A stretch of 28,285 bases of DNA, taken from the IMG/VR virus record IMGVR_UViG_3300017773_000094, positions 1-28,285 of that record; one strand, 5' to 3'. Made by a program: the position numbers and the translations under genes. The notes under the pieces were generated by a model. It was not told the DNA's origin. It was given only the letters and a program-made list of their open reading frames with translations, and did no database searches. Position 1 is the stretch's first letter, and every line of letters starts with the position of its first letter. This DNA comes from a virus (taxonomy: Duplodnaviria; Caudoviricetes). Below, in pieces: positions 1-6,879 of the stretch.

Positions 1-378
1 CATCAGGACCAGTGTGTCACGAGGCTGGCAGAGCCATTGGACGATTCCCCATGCGGCCATGGTGTGTGACTTACCACTACTGGCTGAACCACCAATTGCT
101 AGATACTTATCCTTTAGAGCAGCCCGAATCATTTTTTCAGCCCAAGGATGACGGACCATCATAGGCTCTGGTAGTTCTTCTCTATTCCAGAGTTCGTCAC
201 AGATTCTCCAGAAGTAGAACTCCTTAGCTTTATTATTAGGGTGATGGGCGAAGCCGTATAGTAGAGCGGTCAGCGTGCTAGTAGGCTGGATCATGAGTCC
301 CCCTACGTCCATCTGCTTAGATTGTGGGTCGATTCTCGGCTCTAGAACACGCTTGCGCTTTTCTGCTTCGGAAGGCAT
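1..378 (-). CDS. terL: Terminase large subunit, N-terminal part (runs off left edge)
   Basis: Not in the ORF track. Manual translation from ATG at 378: MPSEAEKRKRVLEPRIDP...HPWAEKMIRAALKDKYLAIGGSASSGKSHTMAAWGIVQWLCQPRDTLVLM, open to base 1. Walker A GSASSGKS followed by a hydrophobic helix and strand, as in TerL ATPase domains. Confidence 0.8.
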   Translation of the reverse strand, partial: MPSEAEKRKRVLEPRIDPQSKQMDVGGLMIQPTSTLTALLYGFAHHPNNKAKEFYFWRICDELWNREELPEPMMVRHPWAEKMIRAALKDKYLAIGGSASSGKSHTMAAWGIVQWLCQPRDTLVLM

Positions 379-381
379 AAT
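353..381 (+). promoter_or_regulatory. Putative sigma70-type promoter giving a (near-)leaderless transcript for 389..1030
   Basis: TTGCGC (353-358), 17 bp spacer, CATAAT (376-381), then 7 nt to ATG at 389. The -10 box overlaps the complement of the terL start codon. Confidence 0.5.
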
Positions 382-388
382 TTAATGG

Positions 389-1030
389 ATGTCTGAAAAT
401 CCTATACGGGAGTGCGAGGCTGAAGCCTTGCGCCTTAACAAAGAAGGTTACAGTAATGCGGCTATAGGTCAACACATTGGAGTCCACCGCAATACAATAC
501 GTAAGTGGTTAAAGAAACATGGAGTCGCCGCCAAGATAAATGGGGACATAGTAGACGGCAGAGTTCTCGATAACCTGATACACAACACAAAAGTCAAAGA
601 CGAACACCATAAACCGGATGCCGACAAAGACCAACTTAAAGAAGACGTAGAAGAACACTTCAACGATACTGTAAGTTCAGCTATTGTCGAAGAGCGATTC
701 CGCGCCTCTAAAGAAGAGGACGTGACCCTCAACGAAATCGCTGAGGCACAGAACTCTCCTGCTGATAAATACCAACACTACATCGCGGCGGCAGGAATTA
801 AACTACTACGTGATTCGATGAAGGGGTTACGTGGACCTAAGACGATTCGCGAGATGTCCGAACTCGATCAGCTCATCAGACGTAACTTAGGACTAAATGC
901 TAAAACTGGTGGTGGGACTAGCAAGATGCAGATCGACATCTCTATTCTCAATAACTCTAAAGCAGATAAAGGTGGAGGCGCGATCAAGCAGAAAAAAACG
1001 ATTGACGCGGATACTGGAAAAGAGATTTAA
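389..1030 (+). CDS. N-terminal helix-turn-helix protein, possible terminase small subunit
   Basis: EALRLNKEGYSNAAIGQHIGVHRNTIRKWLKK is a clear HTH; helical C-terminal region (LDQLIRRNLGL); adjacent to terL. The TerS role is inferred. Confidence 0.6.
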   Translation: MSENPIRECEAEALRLNKEGYSNAAIGQHIGVHRNTIRKWLKKHGVAAKINGDIVDGRVLDNLIHNTKVKDEHHKPDADKDQLKEDVEEHFNDTVSSAIVEERFRASKEEDVTLNEIAEAQNSPADKYQHYIAAAGIKLLRDSMKGLRGPKTIREMSELDQLIRRNLGLNAKTGGGTSKMQIDISILNNSKADKGGGAIKQKKTIDADTGKEI

Positions 1031-1040
1031 TACCGTTGCA

Positions 1041-1271
1041 ATGTTTAATGACCGTGAGCCAGAAGTAGGGCCAAAGTTTATTACCAGAATTGATCACGGA
1101 GCAGACTTCCGTTTTCCGGTAGATACCGCTGATGGTCTTTGGTATCGCGTGAAGCCTTCAACGGCCCGTGAAGTATTCTACTTGCAGTCTCTGCCAAAAG
1201 GGATCAGAGTCTTAGTTCCAGCAGAGGGCGATGGCCTACTAGTCAGAGGAGACTCTATACCCGTAAAATAA
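1041..1271 (+). CDS. Hypothetical protein (76 aa)
   Basis: Start re-called at ATG 1041 (MFNDREPEVG...) to avoid overlap with 389..1030; stop overlaps the next start (TAATG). Confidence 0.6.
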   Translation: MFNDREPEVGPKFITRIDHGADFRFPVDTADGLWYRVKPSTAREVFYLQSLPKGIRVLVPAEGDGLLVRGDSIPVK

Positions 1272-1654
1272 TGAAACCCGAAACCTTATTCCGTCTTCAT
1301 GAATCGACGTGCAAGAAAACGCTCGAAATTATGCGGGCAAAGAACAGCGATTATTGCGGTGGTGAGAACACTGTCGATGCACTCGCCAATTTCAAGACTG
1401 CTAAATCACTTGGCCTCCATCCTGTCACCGGACTCTTGTTGAGGATGCAAGATAAGTTGATGCGGATTAAATCGTTCGTTAATGATGGTGAACTAAAGGT
1501 AGCTGGCGAATCAGTTGATGACGCCTGTGAGGATCTCGTGAACTATTCGATTCTCGCGAAAGCTTTGCTCAGTGAGGAGCGTGAGTGCGGCACTTGCAGC
1601 AATCCAGTTTCTGGTGGCGAATGCGACAATTTGTATTGTCCTGAGAAATCGTAA
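1271..1654 (+). CDS. DUF1599 / nucleotide-modification-associated domain 1-like protein with C-terminal Cys4 motif
   Basis: AKNSDY...RMQDKLMRI...ESVDDACEDLVNYS matches the family pattern KNxDY...RxxDKxxR...ESxxDxxxDLxNY; tail CGTC-x8-CDNLYC. Confidence 0.7.
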   Translation: MKPETLFRLHESTCKKTLEIMRAKNSDYCGGENTVDALANFKTAKSLGLHPVTGLLLRMQDKLMRIKSFVNDGELKVAGESVDDACEDLVNYSILAKALLSEERECGTCSNPVSGGECDNLYCPEKS

Positions 1655-1664
1655 TTTAAGTGTT

Positions 1665-2048
1665 ATGGAGATAAATGATATAATATTTAAGACAAAGATC
1701 AGTGACTACTTCTATGTGGTGACTAGATATAAAGGCAAAGGGAAGAAAAGACCGCTTGCTAAAAAAGAGGAGCTAAAGGAAGTAGACATCTACCACGCAG
1801 TAGCCTACCGCGAAATATATACTGGTCCTATGGGGGGCGTCGGGGATTATGCGGGGACTAGGATTACGGGCGATGAAGACGTTGAAGGTAGCCACCTTGA
1901 GATGTGTGCTATTTATAAGAAGCGTCTTGAAAAAGGTGGTGAGTGGGAGGGTCATGACAGACCTCTCGCGGAACAATACACATTCTCTAAAAAGAAAATA
2001 GAGGAAGCCAAAAAAGAGCAAGACGCTTTAGAGGCTCTTGAAGTATGA
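1665..2048 (+). CDS. Hypothetical protein (127 aa)
   Basis: Start re-called at ATG 1665 (MEINDIIF) after the upstream stop; ATGA overlap with the next gene. Confidence 0.65.
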   Translation: MEINDIIFKTKISDYFYVVTRYKGKGKKRPLAKKEELKEVDIYHAVAYREIYTGPMGGVGDYAGTRITGDEDVEGSHLEMCAIYKKRLEKGGEWEGHDRPLAEQYTFSKKKIEEAKKEQDALEALEV

Positions 2049-2533
2049 TCGTCGGAATCGACAACGGATTAGATGGGGGACTTTGTGCAATATCTAAATT
2101 CGACGGTAGCCTCATTGATAAGATTAGGATGCCGACTCTTCAGATGTCGAAGAAGAAAGAAATCGACATCCGTAAAGTTCATCAATGGATAATGGATTTA
2201 AACACGCCGTTTATTTTTGCGGTAGAGGAACCACTCGCGCACGCGAAGAGCAGTCAAGCGGTTCGATCAATGGCGATCTCGTTCGGCAAATTAGTCGGGA
2301 TGGCTGAGTCCCATGATTACGAAAACATAATGCGCGTGTCCGTTCACAAGTGGCAGAAAGCTATGTTAGGTAGAGTTCCTAAAGGTAGGACTAAAGACGT
2401 AGCTCTGGAACTAGCGAACCAGTTAGAGCCGTCGGAGAACTGGCTTGCTAATAAACGCTGCCGGACGCCGCATGATGGGATGATCGACGCCTACCTTATT
2501 GCGCGATATATTTGGGGTGGGAGAAAAAGTTGA
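2045..2533 (+). CDS. RuvC-like Holliday junction resolvase
   Basis: MIVGIDNGLDGGL, AVEEP, KWQK, DGMIDAYLIA: RNase H-fold acidic catalytic motifs typical of phage RuvC-like proteins. Confidence 0.85.
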   Translation: MIVGIDNGLDGGLCAISKFDGSLIDKIRMPTLQMSKKKEIDIRKVHQWIMDLNTPFIFAVEEPLAHAKSSQAVRSMAISFGKLVGMAESHDYENIMRVSVHKWQKAMLGRVPKGRTKDVALELANQLEPSENWLANKRCRTPHDGMIDAYLIARYIWGGRKS

Positions 2534-2588
2534 ACTTTTTCTGGACATAGCTAATCGCTTCAATTATTTGTCTATGTATAGACAATAA
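2522..2588. promoter_or_regulatory. Two inverted repeats flanking a possible -35 box upstream of the helicase
   Basis: AGAAAAAGTT-G-AACTTTTTCT (2522-2542), TGGACA (2542-2547) and TTGTCTAT-GT-ATAGACAA (2568-2585), ending 3 nt before ATG 2589. Confidence 0.45.
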
Positions 2589-3881
2589 ATGAAGAAATTA
2601 TATCCCAAGCAACAAGAAGCTTTAGACTTCTTCTTCGATAAACAAATTAGCGCAACTAATACCCTAGACACTAGCCATGTCGGGACTGGAAAGACAGTCG
2701 TTGCTTGCCACCTTGCTAAAGCTCTTGGCATGAATGTCGCGGTCCTATGCCCAAAGGCAGTTATTCCATCATGGGAGCGGGAGCTTAAAGAGACGGGCAT
2801 TGATCCGGTGTTCGTCCTCAACTATGAGAAGATACGGACTGGTAAGACAGAATGGATGTCGAAGAGGGGGAAGAAGATTATGACGTGGAACTTACCGCTT
2901 TGCACTTTGGTTCTAGTTGATGAGGTCCATAAGTGTAAGGGACCTTACACGCAGAACGCGCAGTTGTTAGTGTCACTAGTTACGCAAGGTCACTCAGTCC
3001 ACGCGATGAGCGCGACCGCTGCGGAAGACCCTACTGAGATGCGACCAATCGGATACGCGTTAGGGTTACATAATCTTAACAAAGCATCAGACGGTCTCAA
3101 GAGTTGGTTCAGTTGGATGATGCAATTTGGATGCACCCAGAACCAATGGAACGCATGGGAGTTACGCCGTAAAACAAAACTCAGTGATCTCAATAAGGTC
3201 ATGTATGCGAAGAATGTTAAGCGTCTTACGGTGGACGACTTTCCCGATTCCTTTAAAGAGAACCGAGTTTTTATCGAGCCGATAGCTTTTGGTTCCGCCG
3301 CTAAGATCGCGAAGGCTTACAAGGATCTCGGCATCACGCCGGAGATCATCACTAGTCTTCTAGAGAACGGGACTGTCGAAGATAGCGATTGGGTTCTAGT
3401 GAATTTGCTAAGAGCCAGACAACTAGCTGAGTCCCTCAAGGCTAAAGACATGGCGGACATGGCAAAGGATTACGTCGAGCAAGGCCAAAGCGTTGTGCTG
3501 TTCGTAAACTTTACGGAGACCGCTCAGACACTCCAGCAGTTACTAAAGTGTCCGGCTATCGTTGGTGGTCAGTCTGCTGAAGAACGGCAGCAGGTCATCG
3601 ACAACTTCCAAGACGACAAAGAACACGTAATCGTCGTTAACATCGCAGCAGGTGGAACAGGTATCTCGTTACACGACATCAACGGGGACAGGCAACGTAT
3701 CTCGTTGATCTCACCGACCTTCAACGTCAAAGACCACTTGCAAGCGTTAGGGCGCATCCACCGCAACGGGGCAAAAAGTGACGCTATCCAGAAGATTCTA
3801 GTTGCCAGCGATTCGATAGAAGAACACGTTATGCGTGTTGTTGAGCAGAAGTCAGATAACTTAAATATTCTACATCAATGA
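2589..3881 (+). CDS. Superfamily 2 DNA helicase
   Basis: Q motif LYPKQ, Walker A HVGTGKT, DEVH, SAT, AGGTGISL, QALGRIHR. Confidence 0.92.
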   Translation: MKKLYPKQQEALDFFFDKQISATNTLDTSHVGTGKTVVACHLAKALGMNVAVLCPKAVIPSWERELKETGIDPVFVLNYEKIRTGKTEWMSKRGKKIMTWNLPLCTLVLVDEVHKCKGPYTQNAQLLVSLVTQGHSVHAMSATAAEDPTEMRPIGYALGLHNLNKASDGLKSWFSWMMQFGCTQNQWNAWELRRKTKLSDLNKVMYAKNVKRLTVDDFPDSFKENRVFIEPIAFGSAAKIAKAYKDLGITPEIITSLLENGTVEDSDWVLVNLLRARQLAESLKAKDMADMAKDYVEQGQSVVLFVNFTETAQTLQQLLKCPAIVGGQSAEERQQVIDNFQDDKEHVIVVNIAAGGTGISLHDINGDRQRISLISPTFNVKDHLQALGRIHRNGAKSDAIQKILVASDSIEEHVMRVVEQKSDNLNILHQ

Positions 3882-4201
3882 AAACAAAAATAAAAGGGAT
3901 GACCCCTTACAAAAAACAGATAATAGACAAAGTAACGGAACTAGTATGTTCAGAATTCGCCATAGATCGTGACGAGATTTTTACTAAGAGTAGGGCTTAT
4001 TCTTATTGTATTCCCCGTATGGTTGCTGTCGGCATCTTGAGGAACAAGTTTAAGTTCACCTATAGTTCGCTGTCATCTTACTACGGCTACACCCACGGTA
4101 GCTCGATAGCTTACGCATCTAAGTCGCTTGACCAGAGGATCAAGGAAGACCCTGAGATAGCTTCAGTCGTCGAGTCAGTACTTAAACAACTAAACTCATA
4201 A
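3878..4201 (+). CDS. Stand-alone DnaA C-terminal (domain IV)-like DNA-binding protein
   Basis: IIDKVTELVCSEFAIDRDEIFTKSR...IPRMVAVGILR...LSSYYGYTHGSSIAYASK aligns by eye with the Bac_DnaA_C pattern (I..V...F.I....I.SK.R....PR.IA..L.R....IG..FG..HTTV..A..K). Confidence 0.7.
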   Translation: MKTKIKGMTPYKKQIIDKVTELVCSEFAIDRDEIFTKSRAYSYCIPRMVAVGILRNKFKFTYSSLSSYYGYTHGSSIAYASKSLDQRIKEDPEIASVVESVLKQLNS

Positions 4202-4204
4202 ATC

Positions 4205-4354
4205 ATGAGAGCAAAAGTTGTAAGGAATTCTGTGTTTGCAAAAGGGAGCAGAAGTGGCAAAAAAGGTCAGACTTTAATTCAGTTTCACGACCCTACGTTT
4301 AAATCAAAACACTCAAAAGGTAAACAACCCAAGAAAAATAAAAGGAGAAAATAA
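4205..4354 (+). CDS. Small highly basic protein (49 aa)
   Basis: Below the ORF-track cutoff; MRAKVVRNSVFAKGSRSGKKGQTLIQFHDPTFKSKHSKGKQPKKNKRRK fills the gap between neighbours. Confidence 0.6.
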   Translation: MRAKVVRNSVFAKGSRSGKKGQTLIQFHDPTFKSKHSKGKQPKKNKRRK

Positions 4355-4356
4355 AC

Positions 4357-4677
4357 ATGAACTCTGAGATGAAAGAGAACTCTAAGATGATGCAAGAAGC
4401 TATTGTCATTGATGCGACAAGACTGATTAAAAAATATTCAGAGCAGTATGGGTTACCCCCTAAATGGGTAATGAGTCGCTTCGATGAGGGAGGTCCAAAA
4501 GGTAGGACTATACAAACCAGAATTGAATCCTCTCACGCTAGGCATCGCGTTATTACCGAGTTAGCTGATTTGGGTTACCCGAGAGATTTGATAGCGCGTT
4601 CGTTTAATCTTGGGCGTGACGCAGTTAACAGTATTATTAAAAAATTTAGACAACAACAAAATGAGCGACAACATTAA
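4357..4677 (+). CDS. Second DnaA domain IV/TrpR-like HTH protein
   Basis: IKKYSEQYGLPPKWVMS...SHARHRVITELADLGYPRDLIARSFNLGRDAVNSIIKK: same helix order, ending in an HTH. Confidence 0.5.
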   Translation: MNSEMKENSKMMQEAIVIDATRLIKKYSEQYGLPPKWVMSRFDEGGPKGRTIQTRIESSHARHRVITELADLGYPRDLIARSFNLGRDAVNSIIKKFRQQQNERQH

Positions 4678-4837
4678 ATATCTGACTGATGCAGAGAAGA
4701 TTCGCCTCAAATTACTTGAGGATGAGATCTACATGCTAAACCACAAAATTGACCGGACAATCAAGAAACGTGATTATATCCAGCGTGAGGTAACGCACAT
4801 AAAAGAGTCTACCCATGAGCGAACAACCAAACCATAG
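4661..4837 (+). CDS. Small coiled-coil protein (58 aa)
   Basis: ATG 4661 after an A/C-rich leader; heptad-like IRLKLLEDEIYMLNHKIDRTIKKRDYIQREV. Confidence 0.55.
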   Translation: MSDNIKYLTDAEKIRLKLLEDEIYMLNHKIDRTIKKRDYIQREVTHIKESTHERTTKP

Positions 4838-5936
4838 CGATAGGGGCCACGCGGAGTTTTCTCCGTCTAGTCTTAAATACGTAGCCGCTTGTGCTGCATA
4901 TCAGGGCCGCGACGGCACTTCGGCTGCTGCTGAGATGGGGACCAGAATTCACGAGGCTCTCGAAGTCTTCGACCCTTCTGCCCTTCACACCGAACAGGAG
5001 CTGGAGATCTACGAACAGATTGTCCAAATGGAACAGGAGTTTATGACTAACTTCGGCGAGGTCTCTGAAGAGCTAAACGAAATCCAAGTTGAGGTTGCCC
5101 TAGATGGCACCGAGACATGGGGAACCTGTGACCGATTCCTAATTCTTAAAGGCGGTGACCGAGCCGTCATGGCTGACTATAAAACCGGAATCAGTATCAT
5201 TGACCCGCCAGATAAGAACTGGCAGGCCAAAGCATATACATGTGGGGCCTTCCAGAAGTATCCTGAGATTCAGGAGATCGTCTTCGCGTTTTACGTGCCG
5301 CAACATAGCGCGACTCTTCACCACACGTTTACGCGAGACGATCTCCCCGCTCTGGTCGAAGACCTAAGCCGAGTCATTAAAGCAGGTGAAGAGATCCGAC
5401 CGAAGTGGGAGTCCGGCACACCTGAGTTAGATGAATGCACCCCAACTCAGTACTGCCGTTTCTGTAGACATGAGGATATTTGTCCGGCACTCGGTGGACT
5501 CGTTATTAGTGTCGCCAAGAAACTCGATACCACGTTGCCCGATATTGACCCTACCGACGTAGACAATCCCGCTAGACTCTCTGAGCTATTCAACATCGCG
5601 AAAATTGTAGAGAATTGGGCAGCGTCTATTAAGGCAAAGACTCTCGCCAAGTTAAAAGACGGCGATAAACTCGACGGCCTAAAACTACGGTCAATGGGTC
5701 GAACACGTAAGTGTGCTGACAACGAAATGCTCGTAAAGATTGCAAAAGAACATGGTCTAGAATTAAGTGAGATAATTAGTGAGCTAAATTTCCCACTTAC
5801 TAAGATCTCAAAATTAGTATCTGCAAACGCAGAAAAATCAGAAAAACGAGAAAAACAACAGAATTTCCTTGCCGCCTGTGATGACGCAGGCATAGTCCAA
5901 ACCTCTGAGGAGCGATTCAGTGTCGCGAATCAGTAA
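4815..5936 (+). CDS. PD-(D/E)XK exonuclease, DUF2800/Cas4-like
   Basis: HAEFSPSS...C, GTRIHEALE, WGTCD, DYKTG, QAKAY and C-terminal CRFC...CP Fe-S-type cysteines. Confidence 0.85.
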   Translation: MSEQPNHSDRGHAEFSPSSLKYVAACAAYQGRDGTSAAAEMGTRIHEALEVFDPSALHTEQELEIYEQIVQMEQEFMTNFGEVSEELNEIQVEVALDGTETWGTCDRFLILKGGDRAVMADYKTGISIIDPPDKNWQAKAYTCGAFQKYPEIQEIVFAFYVPQHSATLHHTFTRDDLPALVEDLSRVIKAGEEIRPKWESGTPELDECTPTQYCRFCRHEDICPALGGLVISVAKKLDTTLPDIDPTDVDNPARLSELFNIAKIVENWAASIKAKTLAKLKDGDKLDGLKLRSMGRTRKCADNEMLVKIAKEHGLELSEIISELNFPLTKISKLVSANAEKSEKREKQQNFLAACDDAGIVQTSEERFSVANQ

Positions 5937-5954
5937 ACCAAATAAAATAAGAAT

Positions 5955-6605
5955 ATGGCTACTAAAGAAGCTAAACAAGTGAAGGAAGTCGAGAATGAAC
6001 TCTCGACTAATGTAAACATCGGAATCGAAATCGACCGCAGTGATATCGAGATACCTCGAATCAATGTATCACAGAAGATGAGTCAAGGCGATGCTCCAGT
6101 TGGATCAATTGTCTTTGATCGTAAACATGTGGTCGCTGGCCCTAATGAAACAATAGCTGCGATTGCAGTTGTTGCTCAAAAAGGCTGGAGGGAGAATATC
6201 CCATTTGATGAAGATGAAGTCCCACGCATTGCGTGGTCCAAAGAAGAGTCAGAGGCTATTTCTGATGATTCAGAATATCAAATGACTGAGTTTGCTGAGA
6301 TTACATTATTACTCCGCCAGCCGGAAGGTAATGATGATGAAACAGCATTCTCACTCGTTATTGGGGATAACCGATATGCTTTGGGTAAGATTAACGTAGG
6401 GAAGAACGCCTATCGTACTACTTACAAGATTCTTGCTACCAGCGCGGCTTTTAATCCTAACACCCCTATCTGTGCTAGGGTATGGAATTTTGTTTCTGAA
6501 GAGTTTTCAAAGGGCAAATATACATGGTTCAATCCAAGCTTAACTGCCACTACAGAAGAGACAGATGGAGCCGTCCTTGAGTTCATCAAAAACTTTGGGG
6601 GTTAA
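5955..6605 (+). CDS. Putative single-stranded DNA-binding/annealing protein
   Basis: DIEIPRINVSQKMS N-terminal motif, aromatic beta-rich C-terminus (KGKYTWF), acidic composition, position between exonuclease and polymerase. Confidence 0.5.
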   Translation: MATKEAKQVKEVENELSTNVNIGIEIDRSDIEIPRINVSQKMSQGDAPVGSIVFDRKHVVAGPNETIAAIAVVAQKGWRENIPFDEDEVPRIAWSKEESEAISDDSEYQMTEFAEITLLLRQPEGNDDETAFSLVIGDNRYALGKINVGKNAYRTTYKILATSAAFNPNTPICARVWNFVSEEFSKGKYTWFNPSLTATTEETDGAVLEFIKNFGG

Positions 6606-6607
6606 TT

Positions 6608-6799
6608 ATGACTGAAGACGAAAAAGAAAAAAAAGTCCGTGAGTTGCTCCTTGAGGAGATTGACATGCTGGATGGTATGATTTCAGAAGTCAGTGACCAG
6701 AAAGCACAGATCGAACGTAATTTACGGAAGTTGCAGGTGGTGCGTGAAGCATTAGACCACGTTTCGGGAGAGCAAAAAGAATTAGATCTAGATTCCTAA
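6608..6799 (+). CDS. Small acidic coiled-coil protein
   Basis: 63 aa ORF, heptad pattern, tightly packed in the operon. Confidence 0.65.
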   Translation: MTEDEKEKKVRELLLEEIDMLDGMISEVSDQKAQIERNLRKLQVVREALDHVSGEQKELDLDS

Positions 6800-6810
6800 T
6801 ACTAGGACGC

Positions 6811-6859
6811 AAGCCCGCCGCAGAGTTTTGTTATCAGTTCCCTTTGCGGCGGGCTTTTT
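6811..6859 (+). terminator. Rho-independent terminator-like hairpin
   Basis: AAGCCCGCCGCAGAG (6811-6825) pairs with CTTTGCGGCGGGCTT (6842-6856; one G-U), 16-nt loop, T run to 6859. Confidence 0.7.
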
Positions 6860-6879
6860 CTGTCCACAAATAAATCAAT

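Noticed and set aside
1002-1031. Promoter TTGACG-N18-TTTAAT upstream of 1041
   Set aside because: The -10 box lacks the conserved A at position 2; too weak to call.
897-1040. Extended 5' ends in the ORF track (897, 1572, 4610, 13230, 14722, 18731)
   Set aside because: They overlap upstream genes more than needed; downstream ATGs give better packing, stop-start coupling or a proper signal peptide.
4815-5936. Cas4 as evidence of a CRISPR-Cas system
   Set aside because: No array or other cas genes; the context is the common phage exonuclease-SSB-PolA module.
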